In this document: piece after piece, positions 1 through 13,551 of the stretch
How the letters are laid out: each line of letters opens with the position of its first letter
How positions within the stretch are numbered: position 1 is the stretch's first letter
Assembly (NCBI RefSeq): GCF_009914755.1
Contig: NC_060936.1
DNA: 64,000 nucleotides
Source of the DNA: the human T2T-CHM13v2.0 reference genome, Homo sapiens
Reading direction: 5' to 3' (one strand)
Notes under the pieces: model-generated
The model's input: only the letters and a program-made list of their open reading frames with translations
Database searches by the model: none
What the model was told of the DNA's origin: nothing
Position numbers and translations under genes: made by a program

Positions 1-255
1 CTGCACAGAAACTGTCCCTCCCTGGCTGTCTTCTGATGCCTAATTCCCTGGGTATCCCAGGCGCCTGATTTCTCCTTCAGGAACCTTGGTCAGTTCTGTT
101 CCTGCCCTGAGATGCCTCACCTAGAGAGGCCTCCCCAGTCCCAGCCCCCTGGGTCAAGGCCCCCAGCCCAACGCGGCCCCTCTGACATCTCCGGAAAAAG
201 CCCTGCTCCCACAGAGAGGGGCCACCTGCCCTACAATTTTTCCTTTTTAAATTAA

Positions 256-848
<593 letters not shown>

Positions 849-1412
849 TCATGACAATAAAACAACCCTCCCAGGCCTCCGCTTCAGCGGCTGCACAGCA
901 TCCCCCAGCGCCGTCTCCATGGAGAACCTGACCCCTCATTCGTGGGGCGGAAACTCACCTGAGCTGAGCTCCAGGGCATCTCCGCGGGGAAGCGGGGTTG
1001 GTGGAGCAGCACCTGCCCTCCTCAGTGCCCCAGAGACAAACTGGCCCAGAACCCTCTTCCAGCAGAGGAGCCCCGCACCCCTGGGAATGGGGATCAGTGG
1101 GCCCTGGTGGGTGGGCTCCGCTGCAGAGGGGGCGCTGAGGCCCAGGAGGGTCCCCACAGACCAGGCAGACCAGATGGTGATGGCTTTAGTCTGGGCCACA
1201 GCAGCCTGTGCCCCTCAGTCTGCCTTTTCCATCTCAGGAAAAGCCCCACCCTCCCATCCACCAGGGGCACTGGTTTCTGCACCAGCTGCCTCCCCCTCTC
1301 CAGTAATGGCCTTTGCTTTGCCTTGGAGGAGCCCACCCCTGTTGGACGCAGATGAAGATGCCAAGGGGAGCCTGGCTGACCATGGAGCCATCATGGAGGG
1401 AGGCAGAGCTGA

Positions 1413-1825
<413 letters not shown>

Positions 1826-4800
1826 GGAGTCCTGGTTGGTACCCTTCTCTGTCCCTCACACCCCAACTTCAGTCTTCTCAGCCTGGGAAAATTCGGAGAG
1901 AAATGAGGGGGCCGTGGAGAGCCAGGTTCTGAGGCTGTGCCCGCTGCACCCCTCCCACCACATGGGTGGGCCGATGTTTAGGAAACGCTACTTCCATCAA
2001 AGCCTTTGGTAACATCCTGGTGCCCGCGGCACCCACGACTGGAGACCCGTCCCCAGAGTTTCTGTCTGCTCTGATGAGCCCCCAGCTGCTCTCCCCAGAC
2101 ACCCCTGTGCTCAGCAAGACCCCAGCTCCTCTCTGATATTGGATCCTGTCCCACCTCCCCAGCTGTGCTCACCCCTGAAGCAGGAGCTTCGGAATGTCCT
2201 GGGTTTCTTGGCTCCTGCAGAGCCCCAGGGTCCCTGATAAATGTCTGGCAATGGTGGTGCACCCGGTAACTGTTCACCCACTCCCATAAATACGCTGTTT
2301 ACTGCTGAATTATAAAGGGTGTGGGAACAAGAGAGAGTTTCAAATCACTTCTCATTCTTATGGTTTGAATACATTACCACCATGATCTAATTAGGCTTGT
2401 ATTTCATGCAGAGACCACACTTCAAAGTAAAATTAAAAAATAATTCTACTATGAGAGGAAATTAATGTTTCTAATATAAAATTTCAACCGCTGTGCTTGG
2501 CAGGCAGGGAAGCATGCAGAGCCTCGTTATCCTAATTGAGGAAGCCCCGGAAAGGAGAGCCATTAAGAGAAGTGACATTTTCCTGGACGTCTGTCCTGAG
2601 AGCTTTCCATCCCTCCCGGATGCTCCGGGTCTCTGAGCACCCCAGCCTGTGGGTTCTGACAGGACGTGGGTGGGGACAGGATGGGGCCTCAGGCAGGTGG
2701 CCCAGCCCCGTGGAGGGGAGCAGTGGTGGGGCGGTGGGGACTTGCTCAGACCCTCCTTTTCCTGCAGTTCCAACGTCGCACAGTGGGACTCTGGACAGGG
2801 TCCTCCCTCTCCATCTTCCCCTCGCTGGGACCCAGCACGGCACAGGAGGGGCGGCCAACACCATTTAGACATCAGAACTGTCCAGAGTGTTCTGCCCTCT
2901 GTCTTAAGTCACGACCCCGGATTCCCCAGGCAGCCACACACAGCGGTCTACACCGGGAGAAAGTCGCCGTGAGAACCGTGGCACCGCAGGAGGCTGTGCG
3001 TGTTTGCTTTTGTTGATCTGTTTAACTGCAGCCCGATTTATGTTTCTGGATCCTGGAATTGAGTTGACACTATCGGTAGTATGAAAGTGACAGACACCAG
3101 GATGAAGTCACTCTTGTCAGACCCAGAGGAAACAGGGTCAGGAGGCCTGGGGGAGGGGAGGACGCTGCTGCGTGTCTGAGATCAGAGCTGTTTCCAAGGA
3201 CTTTCTGAAGCCCCACAAGAAGGCCCTCTGCGTCCGTCGCGCATCTCCGGCCTGGCGGGGCTTGCGTGGCTCACACGTACACGCATTTCTACGGCCAGGG
3301 TTATCTATCACCAGACATTCTTGAGGACTGCAGTGATTCTGATCAGATGCTCTCAAAAGACCACTTCCCAGTGACAACACCTCCTTCAAGAAACCGACAG
3401 CATTCTGGCTGTGGGTCCCTGGAACCAGTGAACTGTGTCAGAGCAGCTCAGGCGAACTTCTCCCCTGTGCCAATGAAAGCTTTTTCTTACCCTACCTCAC
3501 TGGAGGCACCTGTTACTTGCCACAGTGCATTTGGGATTCTCATCCTCTTTTTCTATCCCCAAATAAATTCAACGTATGTGGGGATATTTTTCTCCGATGT
3601 CTTTTCTGAGGCTGACAATAGTTTATTCATACATAACCATGAGCAGCCAATCATCAATCCTGCTGCGCTGTGCTAACTGGATTTATTTTTACAACTGCTG
3701 TAAGAAAACATTTATTTCCCTAACAGACTCTGAAACTTTAGTTCATGGATTACTATAATTACACTCCCCGGCTCCCAGGTTTGTTTAAAAATGATCTAAC
3801 TCAGGACATGAAACCCAGCATTTCTTTACCCTAACACTGATTTGTCTTTTTTTTGAACGGTAAGGACAAGTTTCAATAGGCTTCTGACCTAAAATATCCA
3901 GTTTTTATGACAAATTATCTGAGAACGTAATAGCTGAACTTGAAATTTTAGCAAGAAGAAAGCCGAGGTTCACTTTTTCCTTGGGTCCTGAGACTTCCTA
4001 GTGCGTTAATCTGATTTTTGTTAAATGAATCACGTGTTTCTTTTCTTTCTCCTGGTTCTGAGGCCTCCAGCTCTCACATCATAATAGGACCAGGCCCCTG
4101 AGAGGCACCGAAGTCCTCCGTGAGCGCTTCTGGCCCCTGGACCTCGGATGGAGGGACAGTTCCCTCTTTCACGCCCACGGGGGCCTGGAGGAAGTTCACC
4201 TCCCTGCTAACTGACCTTTGCAGGGAAAGCTCCTATCCTTGCGAGCAGGAGCCCCACCCACAGCCAACTGCCCTGGGTCCCGGTGCGGGACAGTTCTGTG
4301 GGTGGCCTGGACCGACTCGGTTCTCTCCCCTTTCTCACTCGTAGTTCTCAAGAGTAGTTGTAGAATGTGCAGGAACGCAGCACCCTCAGCTAGAGAGGAA
4401 CTGCCTGAAACCACACCCAGGACTTGCCCCTGTGCCTCTGGGGAATGCAGCACCTTGAGTTAGGGAAGAGCTTCCTGGGACAGTGAGGGCTTTGTTCCTC
4501 TCTCTGCTGCACGCCGGCTGCCCTTCAAAGCTTCACCCTCTGGTCACGCGTCCCCCAAGGCATGTAGCCCAGGGTGGGCCGCCTTGCAGGGTCCCTCAGC
4601 TGTGCTGAAGCAGGGCACAGTCCAGCCTCCATCCACCCTGGCAGCTTGGCTGAGCCTGGGGGATGGGCTCACTACGGACCCAGCCTTCTGTTGTTTCTTG
4701 CTGCCTGTGAGTAATAAATTTGCAGACAAATAGGTGACCGAGGCATGGTGGCCTTAAACAGCAGCCCAGGATGCGGGGGTAGCAGGTGGACTCTGGCTTC

Positions 4801-6269
4801 CGGGCTTTGGCACAGCGATGACCCCCAGGCAGCGGGGGGGCTGTCTGGCATTGGTAATTAGTGAACCTGCTTCTCCACTGGGAGGAGTGGCCGCCCCGAG
4901 GTGAGGGCAGATCTGTGTTGAAAACTGGAATTCCGAAATGACAGTTAAATCTGAAAGGGAGACCAGGGGATGCCCAGACCTGGGAGGAAACTGCATTTCA
5001 CCCCGTCAGGCCCTGTCCTTGGCCTCCGCAGCCCAGGACAAATGCTTCAGGGCAGCTTAACAGCATTAAAGCCCCCGGGCCCCACACAGGGAGAAAGAGG
5101 AAGACCACAGGCCGCCCCAGGAGCTTGTGGCCTGTGGGGCCCAGGTGGGAGCAGGAAGAAAGCTGCACCCCTCCCAGGTGGAAGAACCAGGTGAAACCAA
5201 GGGGAGAGGCCTCTCTCCTCACGGGCCCCAAACCATGTGGCCTCAGACACGTCCTGCCCTCTGTCCCCACATCCTCCTCTGTCTTGCGAGGCTGCCACAG
5301 GGCCATGGTTTAGAACAGCCGGTGACCACGGGGAGCCCCACCCCAGCCAGCCCCCTTGGCCCCACTGGGCTCCGACTTCCTTGGGAGGCTGAGGGTGACT
5401 CGATGGGAGGCAGGAGAGCACAGGGGGAATTCACTGCAGATTTAGGTGCAGGGCCTGGGGCCACCCAGAGAGTGACCACAGCCACAGCCTTGGGGCTGGG
5501 GGGCAAGGAGGGGGCATATAGGGCCCTGCCCAGGTCAGTGGGAGGCAGTGATGCAGAGGGCTGTCCCGGGGACTCTGGGCCATGGAGGATGCAGCAGGAA
5601 ACCTCAGGGCATGGGGCCCACCCTGTGCCCCCTCCTTCTTTCCTCCTGCTCCTGCCTGTGCCCTTTGTTGGCCAAACCCAGGCAGGAGCTAGTGGACTCG
5701 GAGCCCGGACCCCGAGGGTCAGCCTGCTGGACACAGCCAGGGAGGCTGAGGGGCCTCCGAGCAGAGCCTGGGGTGGTGGCCTCTCCACCCACCAAGACCT
5801 GGCTTCCCGGGCTGTCCCAGTGCCCTCAGGTCCTGGTCCCACCAGCCTCAGTCCCACCATAGCCTAAGATGGGCCCAGTGCCGCCTGGGAGTCAGTGACC
5901 TGGGGAAACTCAGCTACTGTGAACCTTAAGAGGGGCTCCTGGGCGTGGCTTCTGTAGGCACAGGGGGTGTTTGGCAGAGTGGAGGGGACTCTTTGAGCAG
6001 TGAACGTTCCCCTGACCACCCGGGCCGAGAAGGTTGAGCTTGGCTCAAAGAGCATCACTTGGGGACAGTGACCCACACCTGTTGGTTTGTTCTTTCATTT
6101 ATTCATTCATTCCCTCACGAATTGTGTGTCACTGAGGCTACCAAGAGGAATCAGGCACAGGTGACCTCATGGGGGACTGAACACAAGTGTGGCCAGTTCA
6201 GAGCAGGAATCAAAATCACACAGGCCCCACCCCACTCCCCTCTCACTCCTGTGCTCCCTGCGACAGGTT

Positions 6270-6400
6270 CCTTAATGTCTCTGTTTCTTCCTCCATAAAA
6301 TGAGGGCAGCAGCCAGCTCACCTCCTGGGGTGCTGGGCTGAGTGAGTCCTGCCTGGAAGGTGCTCAGAGCAGGGCCTGGCCCAAGAGGCCCCTCAGCTCA
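6270..6400 (+). mobile_element. MIR fragment
   Basis: tctctgtttcttcctccataaaatgaggg...aaggtgctcagagcagggcctggc resembles the MIR core and 3' part. Confidence 0.5.
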
Positions 6401-7968
6401 CAGCGGCCCTCACTGTGGAGCCGTGGCGCGGGTAATTGATTTTCTGGTTCTGCTGACGTGAGACTCTGCACCTGTGAGGTGGTGGCTGCCCAGTGCTGTT
6501 CAGGGAGCCTGGGCTCTGACTGGCTATTCCATGATTCAGCAACTTTGGATTCTCACCATATCCACATGTGAGTTATAGGAATTCCAAGATATGCATTTTG
6601 CAAGACAAAATGAGAGAAATAGTTCAAATCGAATATGCCCAGTTAGATTTAACACATACGCCATTTATTATCCGCTGTTCATTTCAGTCTGTGTTCTGCA
6701 TCCTGAATATGTTTGCGTCTGTTCTGTATATATTTTGCAGAACCATTGGGCACTGTGTTTTGGGGTGATTTCTAAGGGCGATTTTGACCAAGCAGTTTGC
6801 CCTCTGTGCCGGCGTTAGGACAGAGTCCACATATGGTGTGTGGGTCTGCCCCATAAACAAGGGATCCGTTCCTATCTCAGGATGAACATAGAGGTGTGAA
6901 GTGAGAATTCTGGCAGTGCCCTCCCTCCCTCCCTCCAGGGTGGCAGGATCGCTGCCGCATCTCAGTCCCCACTGCGTTCTGTGCAGGCTTCTCTGTTCCT
7001 TTCTAAGAGTTGTGGCTGAATTCAGCCCTGCCATGCGATGGGATCACATCTGGCACCTGCACAGGCAGGGCCCTTGCTGTTGGCCCAGCGATCAGGGACG
7101 GTGGCCTGGCCCAGGGCAGGGGCAGGGACCTGGGAGAATGGCCCAGGGCAGCTTGGGTCTGGGGAAGAGCCAGGGGCCTGGTGGACAGCCAGGTAGGGCC
7201 GGATGGGGTTGGCAGTGACTCCTGGGCCATGGTTCTCCCTCCTGGTACCCTAGGGACGCCCCCCTTCCCCACTACGTGCTGAGTGTCGCAGAGGCTTTTG
7301 GCCTGCAGCCCCCCTTTTCCTACAGCCTCAGCTTTTCAAGAGAGAAGTGCTGGCTCCCTTGGCTCAGCACACAGTCCCCTGCGCGGCTGGCACAGAGCTG
7401 TGCCATCTCCAGTGTGGACAGACCTGCAGGTGGCCCCAGATCAGGCTCCTAAGCACTTGCTGGAGCCCGGAAGCAGAGCCCTCCTTCTATTATTTTCTTA
7501 GGACAGGCGCTCTCTGTGGGGCCAGTGCACCCTCCTGCAGGAAACCCTCCAGGGTGAGATGGAGATGCTGAGACCACCTGGCCACACCCAGATTCCTCTC
7601 TAGGCCACTACCCCTCCACAGTCAATTAATGAGCACCTACCGTGTGTGAGGCAGGGCTGGGCAGTCTGAGCACAGGGTCCTGTGTCAGGGACAGAGTTGA
7701 ACTGGACACCAACCAGTCCTGCAGTGCCGAGTGGGTGCAGGAGGGGCCGAGGCCTGGGGGACGTGGGTGGGGACACGCCCCCTGGGGAGGGGCTGGGCAG
7801 AGAGGGGCAGGGTGAGCAGGACCCGCCAGGACATAGAGGGAGCCTCGCTGGCAGAGGGCAGAGGGGTCAGGGCCCATGGGGAGGCCACGGTGTCCTGGGA
7901 TTAATGAGGTTCAGCAGGGCTGGGGGAAGGTGGAGGGAGATGGATCCCAGGCTCAAGGGTCAGTCCCC

Positions 7969-8492
7969 TGAGGACTGAACTCTGACCTTTTCATCTCTTG
8001 CCCAGATTCCTTTCAAAGAGTCCTGGGGAGTCACACCCTACAAACCATAAAATCTCATGAAATGGGCTTTTCTATTAACCTGGTATAATGGGGCTCACCT
8101 TCCAGCCTGACTGTGGTACGGCTCACGTGACAGACAGCAGACCCGTTCTCTTAACCCCAGCACCCCTTCTCCTGACTCCAAGACTTTAGACAAAGCTTGG
8201 CTCTCTCAGCCAGCTGTGAGCTAAAAAGATCCCGGAAACCCACCGGTGACTGGTAAGCCCCGGCCTCCCGTGGTCCCGCCTTTGCGGGCTGAGCCGACGT
8301 ATCCCTTCCCTGCATGGATTCGTGATTGTGTCTGCAGGCCCTGTCTCTCTGCAATGCATGAAATCAGCCGTAACCAGCCCCTGGGGCACTCTCAGGAACT
8401 GCCCAGGCTGTGTTTCCTGGGCTGCGGGCACGCATACTGGCTCAGAATAACCTCTTTCAATATCTTGGTAGAATTTCGTTTTTCTATTGTCA
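7969..8492 (+). mobile_element. MER4D-like solo LTR (ERV1)
   Basis: Begins tgaggactgaactctgacc...cttgcccagattcc...ggggagtcacaccctacaaaccataaa and ends ctcagaataacctctttcaatatc...ttgtca (TG...CA termini). Confidence 0.75.
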
Positions 8493-8520
8493 GCCTGCCA
8501 AGCCCTGTCTGCCTCAGTGC

Positions 8521-8683
8521 TGAATGTGAGTGTGTGAGTGCATGTGAGTGTAAGTACATAAATGGGTGTGTGAGTGTGTGTGCGTTCTGTAAGATGTGAG
8601 TATGTGTGCATGAGTGTGTGCGTGTGCATGTGTGTGTGCGTGTGCATGAGCATGTGTGTTTTAGTATGTGAGTGTGTGTGTGT
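8521..8683. repeat. Degenerate (TG)n microsatellite
   Basis: Interrupted tgtgtg/tgagtg/tgcatg runs. Confidence 0.9.
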
Positions 8684-9189
8684 ATCCTGCCGACTCAGCC
8701 ACACCACCCCTGCTCTGCCCTGTAGAGATAGCCTGAGGCTCCTGGGCAGAAGATGGCCAGGTTCTGACAACAGGAGTGGGTAGGAACCCGACGTGGGAGG
8801 AGCCTGAGAGGAGGGCACTCCCCAGCCCCCAGCTCCCACCGCAGTGCCTCCATGTGGTCCCAACCCTGGTGGCGCCTCTGCCCTACTGTCTGTCCCCAGC
8901 CAAGATGGACCTTGCTGGGTGGGAGGTGGGTGTCTCCCTGGTCCAGCAGTTGAGGGGACTCCTGAGCCCTGCCCACTTTCCCTCCCCTTGCCCCAGCCTG
9001 GGGGAGGTTACCGCGCTTCCCTGAGCCCCCGGCTCATGAGGCCTCTCCTCCCTGCTCCTCCTCCCTGCGCCCTTCAGCCTGCATCCTCCTCCCTGCCTAT
9101 CTTCCCTGCTCCTCTCTGACCCCTCCTCCCTGCATCCTCCAACCTTCGCCCTCTTCCTTGTCCCCTCTTTCCAGGCCCCCTACCAGTCC

Positions 9190-9800
9190 TCGCCCCGGCT
9201 CTGTGTTTCCCGCTCTCCTGTGGGGTGGCGGGGCCAGGCCTCCCTTCTGGCCGCATTCTGTGGTTCGGGCTGGGGCTAACGCACAGCCACAGAGGGGATT
9301 TTCGGGGAGCAAGTGACCATTCAGTGAACGTAGCAAAAGGTGACTCTGGCCCCCTGCAGAGAATGGCCCGGTGGCGGTGAGAGGCAGCAGGGCTGGGGGA
9401 CTGCGGTTCTCCTGGGAAGAGGTGGCGGTGGTGGTGGCGGTGGCGGTGGCAGTGGGGACGGATAAACGTGGACGCAGCCATGAAAGTTAGAAAATAAACC
9501 CAGAGCCCTAGGAGGGGCGCTCCACGAGGCCCGTTGTACAGAAGGAGAAACCGACGCCAGAAAGGCACGTGGCTCCCTCGGCCACCGCCAGCCCTGGTGC
9601 CTGGAGAAGGGAAGTGGCCTCCGGTCCAGGGACCTCAAATACGCGGACCAGAAGTCTCCTCTCAAGGCCGCGTCTACCGATGGCCGCCCCGTTATCCTGG
9701 CTCTAGAAAATCTTCCTGACTGAGGCAACATTGAAATAACATGAGAAATGCGGTACGAAGTTGCTGGCACCGCTGGCCTGGCTTCAATGCCTTCATTATT
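9190..9800. promoter_or_regulatory. CpG-retaining GC-rich segment, candidate orphan promoter or enhancer
   Basis: Visibly higher CpG density than the flanks with no recognisable young repeat. GC box ~9222-9235, (GGT/GGC)n 9421-9455, E-box CACGTG 9566-9571. Confidence 0.4.
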
Positions 9801-10227
9801 CTCAGTTTGCACAGCGGGGTCCTCGTGCACAGAGTGTCACTGTCTTGGTACTCAGGGGAGCTCCCGGTGGGGAGACTGGGCAGGCTGGATGTGGGCGGCA
9901 GGGGAGCTATGGGGGACCCCATCCCTACAGGCTCCTCCCCACAGACCAAGTGCGCTGCCTTCCTCAGGTGCTGACACAGGTGCGCAGACACAGGACAGCT
10001 GGGGAAGGGGGATAGACAGAGCACAGCTGTCCCGGGCCCAGAGCCAGTGCAGGCCGCCCACCACCCGATGGAGTCAGGGTTTGGATTAGAGAAGGGGCCT
10101 TGCTCAGGTTCAGGCCTGAGCAGAACCAGGGGTTTCCAAAGCGCTGGGCTTGACTCCAACAGATTAAAGCTCATTACACCCACCTTGGGATCATTCCTGC
10201 CCTCTGCAGGTGTGCTGTGCTGAAGCA

Positions 10228-10835
10228 GTGGGGCCAGGTGTGAAACAGGAGGCATGGCCAGGTTGGAGGGGCGGGGTCAAACCACAGGGGCGGGGCCACG
10301 GTGGGGGTGTGGTCAGGGTGTGGTCAAGCTGTAGGGGAGGGGCGGGCTCGATCTGCGGGAACGAGAGGTGTGGTCAAGGTGTGGTCAAGTCATGGGGGGT
10401 GGGGCCAGGATGGAGGGGTGGGGTCAAGCCACAGGGGCTGGTCAGGGTGGAGAGGTGTGGTTACACCGTAAAGGCAGGGCCAGGGTAGAGGTGAGGGATC
10501 AGAGAAGGAAATGGCTAGAAAGAGGGGGTGGGGATAGGATGGACAGGGGTGGCCAAGCCATGGGTGTGGAGATAGGGGTGGAGCCAGGGTGAGGGGAGGA
10601 GCCAGACAGAAGGGTGGGGCCAGGGTGAAGGGCATGGTCTAACCATGGAGTGCTGTCAAGCACTGGGGGAAGCCGGGATGGAGGGGCAAGGTCAACCCAC
10701 AGGGGTGGGGCCAAGGTGGAGACGTGTGGTCGGGGTGTGGTCAGGCCATAGGGGCGGGGCCACATTGGAGTCGGCTGGGTCAGGCGTGGGCGGGGCCAGG
10801 CTGGAGGGGCAGAGCCAGGCAGGGGGTGTGGTCAC
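10228..10835. repeat. Degenerate G-rich minisatellite (ggggcggggcca / ggtgtggtca units)
   Basis: Recurring GGGGYGGGGCCA and GGTGTGGTCA words at ~20-25 bp spacing. Confidence 0.75.
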
Positions 10836-11059
10836 ACTGTCCTGTAACGGGAGGGAGGACACACACATCCTGACACCCAGCCTTTGAGGTCTCCACGGGT
10901 CTCACAGCCCGTACCTCACTGCGTCCATCTCTTCCCCCACTTCATGACTGGCCCTCAAGAGTCAGGAGTGAATGAACCCCACTGCACAGTGTGTGACACA
11001 TCACATCTCATCTCTCTGCGCGTGGATTCCCTCAGGCTTCAGGCTTTATGATGTATTTT

Positions 11060-12105
11060 CGTTCCTTCCCATTCCTCCTCCCATTCCCCTCCCTGCCGTT
11101 AGGAAATCACTGAGCCGTGTGTAATGACGATCTTTTTATTGGGACGTGTTCTTGGAGAGTGCCCATTGCTGTTTCTGGGCATGAACGTCAATGGTCTCAT
11201 GTGATTAATTTCATTCTGTGTATTTGTAAACTTTTACAAATAATCATGTTTTAAAGATGCTCTCATATCGCTCCGTGTGCACCAGCTCATGCTGTCTCAT
11301 TGCTGCATGGTTCTCCGTGTGCGCCCACCCCATTTTCCTCTCTGTTCTCCCAGGGACACCCACCCAGGTCCTGTGCCCCTCCCGGCCCCCACAGACAGGC
11401 TCAGAGGTCATCTGTGGGCCTCAGAGGTCATCTGTGGGCCTGGGTCAGCACCTCCCTGGGTGTCTACTTGAGGTGGGACCGCTGGGTCCAGGGCCCTCCG
11501 TCCACCCCCACCTGCAGGACATCCCTGCGTCCCTGCCCAGGCTGGGAGCCGCCAGCTTCCTAATCACCGCCAGGAGTGACAGGAGACAGCCTGGGTGTGG
11601 CATCTTGGCCTGTTGGGATTTCCTCTCCTGGGTGTTGCCTGCTCACATCGCTCTGTCCATTCTTTGGGATTTCTCCTTGTTTCCTTGTTGATTTACAAAG
11701 TTACATTGTATATTTGACACACTGATCACGTTCCAGTTTTAAACTTTGCAAATCTCTTTTCCCATTTTGCCAGTCGTCTAATGATTTTGTTCATGGTCTT
11801 CTTCATTAAGCAGGCATCCTTTGTTTTGATGTGACAAAACTAATCATTTTTCTATGGTTTATGCTTTCCAAATGTGTTTAAAAAATTGTTCCCAGGCACA
11901 AGTTCCCAAAGACTCTATATGTTTTCGTATTTTCTCTCTTTTCATATTCAGGTTTTTAATCCATCTAGACTCCATCTTTGTTTGCAGTATTGGTTAGCGA
12001 TTCAGTCTTACTTTCCTCCACACAGACAACCCGTTTTCCCAGTACCGGTTTTACACAGCCCATCTTCTATCAATGGTTTGTGGAGCCGGTTTCATCACAG
12101 TTTTA
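11060..12105 (-). mobile_element. Old L1 (L1ME-like) 3' UTR and ORF2 end
   Basis: Antisense L1-type text: ...ttgcaaatctcttttccc, ...ttttaatccatctagac, ...gttttcccagtacc. Confidence 0.65.
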
Positions 12106-12556
12106 ATAAATATCATGTGAACATGTTACTTAGCTTGGTTGGTATTCCTGAAATGTTCTATTTTCTGTGGACTGTGCTCCTTGGGTAAAATAAACCCAAA
12201 CCACACAGTATAATGAAAATGTCATGATCATCAACAGCCAAATGCCTCCTGCTTTTCCTCCAGCTGCGGTGCTGGTTAAGAGCAGAGCTTTGGAGCCTAT
12301 CAGGCCTGGTCCCCAGAAGCAGATCCTGGGATGAGGACTCAGGAACAGGTGGTGCATGAAGGGAGGGCTGGGAGGGAGCCGGGACAGGGATGGGGTCAGG
12401 GCAAGCAAAGCTGTGAGCACCAGGTCTCCTGACTGCAATGGCTTCCTTGTGGTCCTGCAGGGGCGCCCTGGAGCGTGAACCCAGCCTCAGCCACCCTGTT
12501 GGAGGCTCCCACACCCCTGTCACTGGTCAAGGCCTCGCTAGGTGGGGAGGATGAGA

Positions 12557-12780
12557 GCCAGCGAGCTGCTGAGTGTGGAACAACTCGCTCCCAGGGGCAG
12601 CAGCAGCACAGCCCCTGCCAGCTTCCTGGGATGTGAATAATTTCACTATGACTGATGTTCAGCCTGTGTCATACCTGGTTTATATAATTCCTGAAAACTG
12701 TAAACACCAAAATCATATCCCACAAGCTGGGAGGAGGCAGCTTCAGCATGGCTGGCCCCCAGGCCACTCCAGCTCACTGC
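12557..12780 (+). mobile_element. Possible ORSL-like hAT-Tip100 relic
   Basis: Loose similarity to the recalled consensus (gtgaataatttcactatgactgatgttcagc; cctgaaaactgtaaac; gcttcagcatg). Confidence 0.35.
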
Positions 12781-13180
12781 AGTGGGGCCGGTTGGGCTCA
12801 GTGGCCTAAGGACAGTTGTCCAAAGAGGAGTGTCAGGAGCCAGCCCTGGAGAGAGAAGAACACAGAAGCCCAAGAGGGGGTCCTGGGAATGCTCAGGGCC
12901 AGAGGATCTGAGTGGAGTCCCCCTGGTGTCCAGGCCCCTGGGGTCGGGATTCCTCTCCTCCCCCCAGCTCAGGCAGGTCCTAGAAGGTTATCAGGGAGCT
13001 GTATCTGTCCCACAGCAGCCTGTGGGAGCCGACTCTCACATCTGAGGGTTTTTATGAGCCAGCTGTTAAATTGGTTCCATCAGCCTGCCATGGCCGTAAA
13101 ATGCACCAGCCACGCCCATCCCCTCCTGGGGAGAGGAGTTCAAGCTCACAGAGACCCTCAGTGCCAAGATCAAACCCAGG

Positions 13181-13532
13181 TGATATGGTTTGTCTGTGTC
13201 CCCACCCAAATCTCAACTTAAACCGTATCTCGCAGAATTCCCACATGTTGTGAGAGGGACTCGGTGGAGGTAATTGAATCATGGGGGCCAGTCTTTCCTG
13301 TGCTATTCTCATGATAGTGAATAAGTCTCATGAGATCTGATGGGTTTATCAGGGGTTTCTGCTTTTGTTTCTTCCTGATTCTCTCTTGCCGCCACTGTGG
13401 AAGAAGTGGCTTTCGCCCTCCGCCATGATTGTGAGACCTCCCCAGTCATGTGGACTGAAAGTCAAATTAAACCTCCTTTTCTTCCCAGCCTCAGGTATGA
13501 CTTTATTAGCAGTATGAAAACAGACTAATACA
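13181..13532 (+). mobile_element. THE1A solo LTR (ERVL-MaLR)
   Basis: tgatatggtttg...gactaataca termini, THE1A-type words (agaattcccac, tttatcaggggtttc), perfect 5-bp TSD CCAGG (13176-13180 / 13533-13537). Confidence 0.92.
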
Positions 13533-13551
13533 CCAGGCCATTCTGCACTTT

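Noticed and set aside
1119-1138. CTCF-like AGGGGGCGCT (weaker look-alikes near 7425, 37328 and 50426)
   Set aside because: Mismatches in the 5' CCAS part of the core, and such matches are common in GC-rich DNA.
3050-3103. Possible pre-miRNA hairpin bounded by atcctgg...ccaggat
   Set aside because: Only a 7-bp outer stem and a short inner stem pair, and it matches no miRNA I recognise.
5127-5867. 246-aa ORF with a 205-aa antisense ORF
   Set aside because: Gly/Pro/Ala-rich with no homology I recognise. Expected by chance at this GC content.
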